From positions 81,237-145,236 of the forward strand of contig CAZXTM010000002.1 of assembly GCA_964643765.1 (NCBI GenBank): a stretch of DNA of 64,000 nt, read 5' to 3'. Positions 19,018-28,178 of this stretch are shown in pieces. Numbering within the stretch: position 1 is the stretch's first letter; every line of letters starts with the position of its first letter. The DNA comes from an uncultured Bifidobacteriaceae bacterium (GTDB taxonomy: Bacteria; Acidobacteriota; Vicinamibacteria; Vicinamibacterales; UBA2999). A program made the translations under genes and the position numbers. Under the pieces are notes generated by a model. It had not been told where the DNA came from, did no database searches, and saw only the letters and a list, made by a program, of their open reading frames with translations.

Positions 19018-19315
19018 CATAATGCGCCGCAGTCACCAGGGGAGGTGCTGCATGAGTGCCCTGCGCCGCATGATGCTGCTGTCGCTGTTCGCCGTCGTCC
19101 TGCTCGTTCCTGTCGTCACGGCCCAGACCTATCCGCATGCCTTTCCGCGCACGGGCGTGACGAAGCTCTTCGAGAACGAGCGCGTCATCGCCTGGGACGT
19201 GAAGTGGCTGCACGACGAGCCGCAGCCCTACCACCGCCATCAGTACGACATGGCCGGCGTCTACACCGTCTACGGCCCGATTCAGGTCATCGGGCTCGAT
19301 GGCACCGTCGCACCC
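19018..19315 (+). repeat. 298-bp segmental duplication, copy B (within the intact gene)
   Basis: See copy A at 13316..13613. Confidence 0.85.
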
Positions 19316-19756
19316 ATCACGCCGTTCGCCGTGCCCCGCCCCTACTTCCAGCCGAAGGACATCACGCACAAGGAAGAAGCGATGGGCCTCGCCGGCGCCC
19401 CCGTGCGCGAGGCCGTGATGCTCGATCTCAAAGAGGGCGCATTCGCGCCGGTGCCCCGCCCCGGCACGCCCGCCGCCTTCCCCCGCGAGGGCGCCGCAAA
19501 GGCCATCGACAACGCACGGGTCGTCGAGTGGGATTACGTGTGGATTCCCGGCCGTCCCGTCGAGACGCGCGTCTACGAACGCGACGCCGTCGAGGTGTTC
19601 TTCGACCCCGGCACCATCCGCTATCGCACGGCCGACGGCAAGGAGCAGACGCGCACCGTCAAGCGGAAGGACGCACACTTCATTCCGCGCGGCACGGTCC
19701 GCAGCGAGGAGGCCATCGCCGGCGCACCACGCGCGGTCATTGTGGAACTGAAGTAG
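19052..19756 (+). CDS. secreted two-domain cupin-like protein, unknown function
   Basis: A signal peptide (MSALRRMMLLSLFAVVLLVPVVTAQ) precedes two similar beta-rich halves (ENERVIAWDVKW.. and DNARVVEWDYVW..). The cupin-like call is tentative. Confidence 0.5.
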   Translation: MSALRRMMLLSLFAVVLLVPVVTAQTYPHAFPRTGVTKLFENERVIAWDVKWLHDEPQPYHRHQYDMAGVYTVYGPIQVIGLDGTVAPITPFAVPRPYFQPKDITHKEEAMGLAGAPVREAVMLDLKEGAFAPVPRPGTPAAFPREGAAKAIDNARVVEWDYVWIPGRPVETRVYERDAVEVFFDPGTIRYRTADGKEQTRTVKRKDAHFIPRGTVRSEEAIAGAPRAVIVELK

Positions 19757-19786
19757 CACGACCGGGCCCGGGGCCCGGCCGCGCGC

Positions 19787-20254
19787 CTACTTCTCCTCCG
19801 AGCGCTCCATCTTGATGCCCGTATCAGCCTCGAGCGTCGCCAGCGCCATCGTCACGTTGCCCTTGTCGAGGCGGATGATCTCGAACTTGCCCGCGCCGGA
19901 CGCATCGGTGTACTGCACCGTCACGAAGTGCTTCTTCGACTTCGTGAAGAGCAGCGGCCAGGCCAGCAGCAGGCCCATGCCGTAGCGGGGCTTCGAGGCC
20001 CGCTCGTACAGCAGGCCCTTGATGCGGCCGTAGGGGATTTCCACCGTCGTCCGGCCACCGGTCTCGAAACGCAGCAGCTTCTCCCGGGTCTCGGACACGA
20101 GCGTCCCTTCCAACTCCTGGGCTTTCCCGTCGTCTTTCGGTACCATCAGGTGCGCCTTCGGAAACCGGCCGTCAGCCAGGAGGCTGACCGGCGACCACGC
20201 CAGCGTCAGCACCAGTACGGCGGCCACCATCTGTCGGATGCGTGCAGTCATCAT
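19787..20254 (-). CDS. exported hypothetical protein
   Basis: A signal/TM segment (MVAAVLVLTLAWSPVSLLA) with a protein-like, lysine-containing composition that is unusual for GC-shadow ORFs. Confidence 0.45.
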   Translation of the reverse strand: MMTARIRQMVAAVLVLTLAWSPVSLLADGRFPKAHLMVPKDDGKAQELEGTLVSETREKLLRFETGGRTTVEIPYGRIKGLLYERASKPRYGMGLLLAWPLLFTKSKKHFVTVQYTDASGAGKFEIIRLDKGNVTMALATLEADTGIKMERSEEK

Positions 20255-20398
20255 GTCTCCAGTGTCTTGGGCGCGATGATGCGGCACCCTGTTCGGATGC
20301 TACCGCCTGCCCCGGCCGCGGTAAAGGCGAAACGTCCCCCCGGCTGGCGCGACGACCGATTCCGCTATGCTCTGAAGAGTCGCTCCGACACGTTCCCG

Positions 20399-21673
20399 AT
20401 GCTCACCTCGCCCCTCATGCTGCCCCTCCTGCTGCTCATGCTGGTGGTCGCCGCCGGCCTGTTCGCCGTGTGGCAGCGCCTCGGTAACCCGCCGCCCGAC
20501 CCGCACCTGGCCGACCTGCTGCAGCGCGTCGAGGGCCTGTCGCGCGACCTGCATGCGATGCGCGAGGTATCGAACGCCCAGACGCCTGTGATGGAAGCCC
20601 GGCTGCAGTCGCTCAGCCAGCAGGTGCAGCTCACGCTCGACTCGATGCGCGCCGACATGTCAGAGCGGCTGGGCCGCATGTCGCAGGCCAGTGACCAGCA
20701 CGGCGAGCGCATGCGCACCGTGCTGCACGAGCAGCTGACCAGCCTGCAGAAGGACAACGCCGACAAGCTCGAGCAGATGCGCAAGACCGTGGACGACAAG
20801 CTGCACGCCACGCTCGAGGATCGGCTGGCGCAGTCGTTCAAGGTGGTCTCCGAACGCCTCGAGGCCGTGCATCGCGGCCTCGGCGAGATGCAGCAGCTGG
20901 CGTCGGGCGTGGGCGACCTCAAGCGGGTGCTCACGAACGTGAAGACCCGTGGCACCTGGGGCGAATACCAGCTCGAGGCGCTCATTGCGCAGATCCTCGC
21001 GCGCGATCAGTACGAAACCAACATCGCCACGCGGCCCGGCTCGGCCGAGCGTGTCGAAGTGGCCGTGCGGCTGCCCGGCCGCGACACCGACCAGCCCGTG
21101 TGGCTGCCAATCGATGCCAAGTTCCCTCTCGAAGACTATCAGCGGCTCATCGACGCCTACGACCGCGCCGACCTCACCGCCATTGACGAGGCGGCCAGGG
21201 CGCTCGAATCACGCGTGCGGCAGGAGGCGAAAAAGATCCGGACCAAGTATGTCGAGTCGCCGCACACCACCGACTTCGCCATGATGTATTTGCCCACCGA
21301 AGGCCTCTATGCCGAGGTCCTTCGCAGGCCGGGCCTGGCCGACAGCCTGCAGCGCGAGCTGCGCATCGTCGTCACGGGCCCCACCAACACGGCCGCCATG
21401 CTCAACAGCCTGCAGATGGGCTTCCGCACGCTGGCGATCGAGAAGCGATCCGCCGAGGTCTGGACCCTGCTTGGCGGGGTGAAGACCGAGTTCGAGAAGT
21501 TCGGCCTGGCCATCCAGGAGACCGAGAAGAAACTCGACGAGGTGGCGAACAAGTTCAAGAACGTCGGCGTCCGGGCCCGCGCCGTCGAACGCAAGCTGCG
21601 CGGCGTCGACACCCTGCCGGGCACCGACACCACCGCCGACCCGCTGGCCCTGCCCATCGACACCGAGCCGTAA
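20399..21673 (+). CDS. rmuC: DNA recombination protein RmuC
   Basis: An N-terminal TM helix, a long coiled-coil (..LQSLSQQVQLTLDSMRADM..) and a C-terminal nuclease-like RmuC core (GTWGEYQLE...LPIDAKFPLEDY...MYLPTEGLY). Confidence 0.85.
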   Translation: MLTSPLMLPLLLLMLVVAAGLFAVWQRLGNPPPDPHLADLLQRVEGLSRDLHAMREVSNAQTPVMEARLQSLSQQVQLTLDSMRADMSERLGRMSQASDQHGERMRTVLHEQLTSLQKDNADKLEQMRKTVDDKLHATLEDRLAQSFKVVSERLEAVHRGLGEMQQLASGVGDLKRVLTNVKTRGTWGEYQLEALIAQILARDQYETNIATRPGSAERVEVAVRLPGRDTDQPVWLPIDAKFPLEDYQRLIDAYDRADLTAIDEAARALESRVRQEAKKIRTKYVESPHTTDFAMMYLPTEGLYAEVLRRPGLADSLQRELRIVVTGPTNTAAMLNSLQMGFRTLAIEKRSAEVWTLLGGVKTEFEKFGLAIQETEKKLDEVANKFKNVGVRARAVERKLRGVDTLPGTDTTADPLALPIDTEP

Positions 21674-21679
21674 CGACGC

Positions 21680-21702
21680 CCCGACGCATGAGAGACGTCG
21701 GG
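21680..21702 (+). terminator. hairpin just after the rmuC stop (possible terminator)
   Basis: CCCGACG-catgagaga-CGTCGGG, a 7-bp GC stem, lies 7 nt after the TAA. There is no U-tract. Confidence 0.3.
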
Positions 21703-21813
21703 ACGCCGGATCACATCCGCACAGGCGGCCGGCTGCCGTGACTCGGCGCACTCACGGCCGGCACGGAAGTGCCGCGGCCACGCCCCCGCGACAGACGGCG
21801 CTATGATGACAAG

Positions 21814-22749
21814 ATGACCTTTTTCAAGCGCTCCCACTGGCCCGCCGCCCTCGCCCTGATTCTCGCGTCCATCACCGCAAGTGCCGCGCAGACGCCCGCG
21901 CCGCCCGCCGGCACCTTCCAGGCCGGCGCGCCGCTCAAGACCACGCCCAACGTCAAGGTCTTCGGCAGCTTCCGCTTCAGCGAAAGCCTCGTCTACGATG
22001 CCGACCGCGATCTCATCGTATCGGTCAACGCCGGCATGGCCCAGGACGTGGTGCCCAACGACGGCTACGTCTCGCTCATCAATCCCGACGGCACCGTGCA
22101 CACGCTCAAGTGGATCGGCGCCACCCGCGCCGGGCTCACGCTGAACCATCCGCTCGGCAGCGACATCGCCAACGGCCGCCTCTATGTCGTCGACATCGAC
22201 ACCGTGCGCTGGTTCGACCTGAAGAGCGGCGCGCCGCAGGGACAGATTCAGGTGTCAGGCGTCTCGCGCTTCAACGACCTGGAAGTGGCGAACGACGGCA
22301 CGGTCTACGCCACGCAGACCGGCACGCCCAACGACCCGACCAGCTGGAAGGTCTACCGCATCGCACCGGATGGCAGCGCATCGGCCATCATCACCGGCGC
22401 CCCGCTGTCGATGCCCAACGGCATCGCGTTTGACGGCGCCGGCAACCTGGTGGTCGTCAACATCGGCACCAACGACGTCCACACCTTCTCGCCGACCGGC
22501 ACCCTGCTCAAGACCGAACAGACCGTCGACCCCGGCAACGACGGCATCGTCGTCACCGCCGACGGCACCAAGTATGTGAGCAGCGTGCGCGTGGGCACCG
22601 TCTCGCGCATCCGCCCCGGCCAGAAGGCCGAGGTCGTCGCCTCGGGCATTCCCACGGCGGCGTCGATGACCTACGACTCGAAGCGCCACCGCCTGGTCAT
22701 TCCGATGAATGACTGGAATGCGATTGCGTTCGTCGAGCTGGGGCAGTAA
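21814..22749 (+). CDS. exported beta-propeller protein (SMP-30/gluconolactonase/NHL-like)
   Basis: A signal peptide (AALALILASITASAAQ) and repeated blades (..PNGIAFDGAGNLVVVN.., ..DGIVVTADGTKYVSS..). Confidence 0.6.
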   Translation: MTFFKRSHWPAALALILASITASAAQTPAPPAGTFQAGAPLKTTPNVKVFGSFRFSESLVYDADRDLIVSVNAGMAQDVVPNDGYVSLINPDGTVHTLKWIGATRAGLTLNHPLGSDIANGRLYVVDIDTVRWFDLKSGAPQGQIQVSGVSRFNDLEVANDGTVYATQTGTPNDPTSWKVYRIAPDGSASAIITGAPLSMPNGIAFDGAGNLVVVNIGTNDVHTFSPTGTLLKTEQTVDPGNDGIVVTADGTKYVSSVRVGTVSRIRPGQKAEVVASGIPTAASMTYDSKRHRLVIPMNDWNAIAFVELGQ

Positions 22750-22784
22750 GGAGACTCAGGCCCCATCAGGTGTAGAGTGTGCCC

Positions 22785-23141
22785 ATGCACCACTCCGACC
22801 ACTCGCTGCCTGCCCGGACCCGTGCCGCCGGCCTGGCCGTGCTGCTGATGACGACCGTGGGGTGCGCTGGGCCACAGGCCGATGTCACCCCGCACGTCGA
22901 CCATGTGACCCTGTCACCGCATAAGGTCTGGAAGGTCATTTCCGTCCAGCGCTACAAGGGCCTCGAAGAAGTGGAGCTGGTGCGCGTCGACTGGCCCACC
23001 GCCGCCGAACCCAGTGTGGCCTTCGCGCTGACCCGCGAGGGCCTCGACGCGGGCGAACCCATCTGCCTCGACCACATCGTCGAGATCGATACCCTGTGGG
23101 CGCACCCCGTGCCCGAAGGCGGCTGCCAGGCCCGCCCCTAG
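22785..23141 (+). CDS. small lipoprotein, unknown function
   Basis: A lipobox (LLMTTVGCAG) follows a positively charged N-terminus. 118 aa. Confidence 0.5.
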   Translation: MHHSDHSLPARTRAAGLAVLLMTTVGCAGPQADVTPHVDHVTLSPHKVWKVISVQRYKGLEEVELVRVDWPTAAEPSVAFALTREGLDAGEPICLDHIVEIDTLWAHPVPEGGCQARP

Positions 23142-23150
23142 ACCGGGCCG

Positions 23151-24152
23151 TCAGCCCAGCTGCTGCGCCCGCATGGCGCGGCGATAGGCCACCGCCACCG
23201 CATCGAACCGCAGGTGCAGTTCGTCCGCCAGGTCAAACGGCACCTGCTCGGGCCGCTGCGACTCGACGATGCGCTGGTCCTGACCGAAGATGACGCGCTC
23301 GAACTCCTGCAGCGTGCTGTCCGGGTCGTCGACGTCGTAGTTGCGGCCGATGATGCAGTAGCCGCGGCAGCGGTTGGCCTTCTCGGGCTGCGAGGCGAAG
23401 AAGTAGACCATCCCCCTGGTGCCGCCCCATCCGAGCCGCAGCACGATCGTATAGGGCAGGTGCAGCTCATACCGGCTGCGCCGCTCGGGCCGCTCGGTCA
23501 CCTCGTTGGCAAACACCGGGAAGTCGTCGCTGTTCGGTGCCTCGGGCCTGACGATGGTGTAGTGCAGCACGTGGTCGCGAATCTCGACGGTATGGTCGGG
23601 CACCACGGGGCGATCAGGGTCACCCAGCAGTCCCGGGTGCACCCAGGGGAAGTGGCCAAAGTCGGTGAAGTTCTCGACCTGCCGCGAGGCATCCGACTGC
23701 CAGCCGAATGGCCCCGTGTTCACCACCTTCCAGTCGGGTGACTCGAACTCGGGAATCTCGGGCAGTGCATACGCCGGCGGCGCCTCGCTGAGACACACCC
23801 AGACCAGGCCATAGCGCTCCTGGCACTGATACACGGGGGTCCGCGCCTTGGCGGGAATGGTGGCCTGGGCCGACTGCGGAATGCGCACGCACGCGCCTGT
23901 CTCGTCGTAGCGCCACGCGTGATAGGGGCACACGAGGCAATCGTCGGCCACCCAGCCCAGCGACAGCGCCGTCCCCCGATGGATGCACAGATCCCGCATC
24001 GCATGCGCCCGGCCGTCGGCCGTGCGCCACACAACGACCGCCTCGCCAAGCAGCGTGGCGGCCACCGGCCGATCGATTACCTCATGGCCGTACGCCACCG
24101 GGTGCCAGCACCGGCGCAGCCGCTCGGGAAACTCTGATGTCGCAGAAGCCAT
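23151..24152 (-). CDS. Rieske [2Fe-2S] aromatic-ring-hydroxylating oxygenase alpha subunit (PaO/Vanillate-demethylase-like)
   Basis: The Rieske motif is CIHRGTALS..(x)..CPYHAWRY, and the mononuclear-iron region is ENFTDFGHFPWVH. The start is the ATG at 24152 within the longer ORF that runs to 25112. Confidence 0.85.
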   Translation of the reverse strand: MASATSEFPERLRRCWHPVAYGHEVIDRPVAATLLGEAVVVWRTADGRAHAMRDLCIHRGTALSLGWVADDCLVCPYHAWRYDETGACVRIPQSAQATIPAKARTPVYQCQERYGLVWVCLSEAPPAYALPEIPEFESPDWKVVNTGPFGWQSDASRQVENFTDFGHFPWVHPGLLGDPDRPVVPDHTVEIRDHVLHYTIVRPEAPNSDDFPVFANEVTERPERRSRYELHLPYTIVLRLGWGGTRGMVYFFASQPEKANRCRGYCIIGRNYDVDDPDSTLQEFERVIFGQDQRIVESQRPEQVPFDLADELHLRFDAVAVAYRRAMRAQQLG

Positions 24153-24209
24153 GCCGGCGGGTATGCTACCACCGGCCGCGGCACACCTTCCGCTACGGCC
24201 GGAGGTCAC

Positions 24210-25001
24210 ATGCGACGGATGCTGATTCATGGGGCAGTGCTGCTGGCGGGGGTGCTGGCAGGCTGGGGCTGCAGCGGTGCCACACCGGCCGGCACAGACA
24301 CCACGGCCACATCCCCTGCGATCCAGACGCTGCAGTCCGGCGTCCTCACGATCGCCATCACCGGCAACGCCACCGACGACCTCGACCCCGAGGCCTGGAT
24401 GAACCGCTACGCCGAGCGGCTGGCCGCCGACCTGCAGCTGCGGCCCGAGTGGAAGGTCGTGCCCTTCGACAAGTCTTGGGAGCTCGCAGGCACGGGCGTC
24501 GTCGACGTGGTCGCCACAAACCTGGCGAGCTTTCCTGATCGCGTGAGTGCCGGCGGCACGTTCTCGCGACCGTTCCTCTACGAACAGCGCGCGCTGCGCA
24601 TTCGCGCCACCGACCGCAGCCGCTACAGCACCATCGCCGATTTCCAGGGCCTGCGCGTCGGTGCCGTCACCGGCATGGCGGCGCATCGCGATCTCCTGAA
24701 GCGGGCCCCCCAGGGCGTCAACGTCGTCGCCGCCGGCACCTTCCCCGAGCTGTATGCCATGTTCGACAAGGGCGAGTTGCAGGCCGTGGCGCAGGCGGAA
24801 TACTTCACGCTCGACGGCCGCGTGATTCCGTCGTACACCAGCGACCTGGCGCTGATCGATCATCACGACCTCAATCCGGGCCAGCGGGAAGAATCGGTGT
24901 TCGTGGTGCGCGATGCCAGCACCGGGCTGCTCGATGCGGTCAACGCCTTCGTGCAGCGCACGCCGTTCCCGCTGCATCTGCCGCCGGCACCGTCGCGATA
25001 G
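24210..25001 (+). CDS. family-3 solute-binding lipoprotein (amino-acid/polar-solute SBP-like)
   Basis: A lipobox (LAGVLAGWGCSG) and an SBP_bac_3-like two-lobe pattern (..VVDVVATNLASF.., ..GLRVGAVTGMAAH..). GGAGG lies upstream of the ATG. Confidence 0.6.
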   Translation: MRRMLIHGAVLLAGVLAGWGCSGATPAGTDTTATSPAIQTLQSGVLTIAITGNATDDLDPEAWMNRYAERLAADLQLRPEWKVVPFDKSWELAGTGVVDVVATNLASFPDRVSAGGTFSRPFLYEQRALRIRATDRSRYSTIADFQGLRVGAVTGMAAHRDLLKRAPQGVNVVAAGTFPELYAMFDKGELQAVAQAEYFTLDGRVIPSYTSDLALIDHHDLNPGQREESVFVVRDASTGLLDAVNAFVQRTPFPLHLPPAPSR

Positions 25002-25069
25002 GCCCTGGACATCATCGTACCCCCGGCGGCGGCTTGCACCATGGGGCCGAAGGCCGCCAGCCCGGACGC

Positions 25070-26233
25070 TCAGGCGCGAATCCACCAGCCGCGCCGATAG
25101 AGCCACGCGCACAACAGGTACAGCACCACGAGCATCGCAAGCGCAAAGGCCAGCGAGGTGTTCTCGGGCGTGCCCCAGGGGGCGAAGGCGGTCTCATACA
25201 GCCACGCATAGGCGGTCCGTTCGTCGCCGTCCGGGGAGGGGACCCGCACCAGCAGCAGTGTCTTCACCAGCCAGCCGCTGACGACAAAGAGCGTCAGCGC
25301 ATTCACGCCCAGCACCACGAGGGGATGCGTGCCCCGCCGGTGGCCGGCCACATCGCAGGCGGCGTAGGCCAGGCCCAGCAGCAGCGCCGCCAGGCCTCCC
25401 GTAAAGGCGGCATACGAACTCGTCCACAGGCTCTTGTTGATCGGAAAAGCGGCGTCCCACAGCAGGCCCAGCGCCATCACGAGCGCCCCGGCCGCCACGA
25501 GCACCGCCGCACGCCTCAGGGACGGCCGCGGCGCATCCAGGACCACCCCCGCCGTCACCCCCAGCATCGCCGTACCGACCGCCGGCATCGTCGACAGCAG
25601 CCCCTCTGGATCCCAGGTGCGGCTGCTGCGCCAGAGATGCGCCTCGCCGAGCAGCGTGCGATCGAGCCATGCGCCGAGATTGCCCGACGGCGACAGATCA
25701 CCGGCGACACCGCCGGGCGGCGCCACCAGCATCAGGAGCGCCCAGTAGCCAAGCAGGCAGGCACCGGCGATGCCGAGGGCCGCGACGGCCCGCGGCCCCT
25801 GCGGCAGCCCGGCCAGGCGGCGATACACGAGTGCCGACGCCAGATAGCACAGCGCCAGGCGCGGCAGCACGCCCATCAGGCGCACCGTCGTGATGTCAAA
25901 ACGCGGATAGAGCGCCAGCAGCAGGCCCAGCAGATACAACACGGCGCTGCGCTGGAGGATGGTGGTCAGGGAACGGCCGCGCGTGCGGGACAGCGTCACC
26001 GAGACCCCGAGCAGGAAGACGAAGAACGGAAAGATCAGATCCGTCGGCGTCCACCCGTGCCACGCGGCATGCCGCAGGGGCGGATAGACATGGTTCCAGT
26101 CGCCCGGATGATTCACCACGACCATGGCCGCCATGGTGGCACCACGGAACGCATCCACGGCTGTGAGGCGCGCACGGCCTGCGTCGGCGGGGACCGGTGG
26201 CACGACGGTTGGCGGCGGGGCCGTCCCCGTCAC
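25070..26233 (-). CDS. membrane acyltransferase, heparan-alpha-glucosaminide N-acetyltransferase-like (DUF5009/DUF1624)
   Basis: It carries the family signature region RLTAVDAFRGATMAAMVVVNHPGDW...HAAWHGWTPTDLIFPFFVFLLGVS. It has about 10 TM helices. Confidence 0.7.
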   Translation of the reverse strand: MTGTAPPPTVVPPVPADAGRARLTAVDAFRGATMAAMVVVNHPGDWNHVYPPLRHAAWHGWTPTDLIFPFFVFLLGVSVTLSRTRGRSLTTILQRSAVLYLLGLLLALYPRFDITTVRLMGVLPRLALCYLASALVYRRLAGLPQGPRAVAALGIAGACLLGYWALLMLVAPPGGVAGDLSPSGNLGAWLDRTLLGEAHLWRSSRTWDPEGLLSTMPAVGTAMLGVTAGVVLDAPRPSLRRAAVLVAAGALVMALGLLWDAAFPINKSLWTSSYAAFTGGLAALLLGLAYAACDVAGHRRGTHPLVVLGVNALTLFVVSGWLVKTLLLVRVPSPDGDERTAYAWLYETAFAPWGTPENTSLAFALAMLVVLYLLCAWLYRRGWWIRA

Positions 26234-26260
26234 GCGGCCTGTCCCGCGGGGGCCTCCGGC

Positions 26261-28069
26261 CTAGTCATGGTCGTGGTGATGCGCCTCATCCGTGAGCGCG
26301 TATGGCTCGGCCGGCACGGCCGCACGCGCCGGATCGCGCCGATAGACCACGCGCCCGGCGAGCAGCGTCATGTCACACGTCAGGTCCTTGAGCCGGGCCG
26401 CCGGCACCGTGTAGGGATTCTCGGTCCAGATGGCCAGGTCCGCCTCGCGTCCCACTTCAATCGTGCCGATGCGGTCGTCCATGAACATCGTGTGGGCCAC
26501 CCACTGCGTGTACGACCGCAGCGCCGTGCGGATGTCAATGGCCTCGGCGGTACCGAAGGGCGTCGCGCCGTGCGTACTGCTGAGCGTTTCGCGCACCACC
26601 GACGACCACAGGCCGTAGCGGGCCGGGAAGGGCGCCACGCCAAAGTCAGACCCGCCACCCCACTGCACCCCCCGCTGCTGGAAGGTGCGGAAGGGCTTCA
26701 GTCGAAGACCGCGCTGCGGGCCGAGGTTGGCGGCGTAGTTGTCGCCGAGCCACCACAGGAAGGGTGCCTGCGACTCGGGATAGCCCGATCCGTGCTCGCG
26801 CTGCAGGCGCGCCATCACGTCGATGGCGTGGTCGGTGGGTGTGTTGGCGTGGATGATGCCGTGCCGCATGTTCGCGCGCGGCTGCGCCTTGAGCACCTGG
26901 TCATAGGTGTCGACGACCCAGTCGATGGCCCGGTCGCCGATGGCATGTGTGCTGATGTGCAGGCCGGCGGCGTGCAGGTCAGTCACGATCTTCCGATACT
27001 GCTCGGGCTCGGTCGTGGGATAGCCGGCGTTGCCGGGGTCCTTGCCCGTAAAGTCACGGTTCCAGTCGTCGTACATCCAGGCGGTGCGCGCACCCCCGCT
27101 GCCATCCATGTAGAGCTTCACACCCCCCGACACCAGCCGTCCCGCGCCGGCAGCCGACGTGGGGTGGCGCCGCACGCGCTCAATCACGGACGCGGTGTCT
27201 GACGCCTGACGTGGCCCGCTCCACAGCGCAAACACCCGCACGTTGAGGCCACCCTCCTTCAGAAGCTCCTCGTAGATGTCCCACTTGCCTTCGCCGATGC
27301 CGGGATCCTTGGCTCCGGTCATGCACTCCTGATTGAAGTCGGCAATGATCTGCTCGATGCCGCGCTTCTGCTGCGCGCGCGTCAGCGGGGGAATCAGCGA
27401 CGTAATCAGGCCCTGCGCCGATTCCTTCATCACGCCGGTCGGTGCACCCGACGCCGTGCGATCGATCGTGCCGGCCGGCGGGTCTTTCGTCTCGCGACTG
27501 ACCTCGGCCATCTTCAGCGCATACGTATTGGCCACGCCGTAGTGCCCCGTGGTCTGCGTGAGCCACACCGGGTTGTTCGGGGCCACGGCATCGAGGTCAG
27601 CGGCCGTGATGTAGCGCTTCTCTGCCAGGCGGCCCTCGTCCCAGCCGCGGCCGCGAATCCACTCACCCGGCTTCAGCTGCCGCGCGCGCGCCCGCACCCG
27701 CTCGAGTACGTCGGCCATGGTGCGAATCGACGGATCGCTGAGGTCGACCGTGAAGAGCTTGTCGGCCTCGGTGAAGTGCACATGCGAATCCATCAGGCCC
27801 GGAGTGACGGTCCGTCCGCGCAGGTCCGTCACCGTGGTCGAGGGCCCGGCGAGAGCTCGGATCGCCGCCGTCGTACCGATCGCCGAGATGCGACCGCCCG
27901 TGATCGCCACCGCCTCGGCGATGGTGTCGCGACTGTCGACCGTCAGCACCGTGCCATTCACAACGATCGTGTCAGGAGGCACCGCCTGCTGTGCGCGGCC
28001 CTGCCCCACGCCCTGCCACAGCAGGGCCATCAGAACCGCGGAACCGAGGCCGACCATGAGTCGCTGCAT
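26261..28069 (-). CDS. exported amidohydrolase (Amidohydro_3 family metal-dependent hydrolase)
   Basis: A signal peptide (LMVGLGSAVLMALLWQG). The N-terminal composite domain is IVVNGTVLTVD..AVAITGGRISAIG, with metal ligands GLMDSHVHF and ..HAIGD... The start at 28069 was derived from the ORF-track offset. Confidence 0.8.
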   Translation of the reverse strand: MQRLMVGLGSAVLMALLWQGVGQGRAQQAVPPDTIVVNGTVLTVDSRDTIAEAVAITGGRISAIGTTAAIRALAGPSTTVTDLRGRTVTPGLMDSHVHFTEADKLFTVDLSDPSIRTMADVLERVRARARQLKPGEWIRGRGWDEGRLAEKRYITAADLDAVAPNNPVWLTQTTGHYGVANTYALKMAEVSRETKDPPAGTIDRTASGAPTGVMKESAQGLITSLIPPLTRAQQKRGIEQIIADFNQECMTGAKDPGIGEGKWDIYEELLKEGGLNVRVFALWSGPRQASDTASVIERVRRHPTSAAGAGRLVSGGVKLYMDGSGGARTAWMYDDWNRDFTGKDPGNAGYPTTEPEQYRKIVTDLHAAGLHISTHAIGDRAIDWVVDTYDQVLKAQPRANMRHGIIHANTPTDHAIDVMARLQREHGSGYPESQAPFLWWLGDNYAANLGPQRGLRLKPFRTFQQRGVQWGGGSDFGVAPFPARYGLWSSVVRETLSSTHGATPFGTAEAIDIRTALRSYTQWVAHTMFMDDRIGTIEVGREADLAIWTENPYTVPAARLKDLTCDMTLLAGRVVYRRDPARAAVPAEPYALTDEAHHHDHD

Positions 28070-28178
28070 GCAGATGCTCCTTGTGTGGCGACACCATATC
28101 ACCCCTCGCTGCGCGACGGTATGGCCTCGGCGGCAGCCATCCGGCCCGGTCCCGGGAGCCTCGGCTAGAATCACCGCC

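Noticed and set aside
10026-19051. Search for an integrase, excisionase, transposase or relaxase within or beside the island
   Set aside because: No frame shows tyrosine-recombinase (R..H..R..Y box), serine-recombinase, DDE or relaxase motifs. Only the ParA/TraL-like ATPase hints at a mobile origin.
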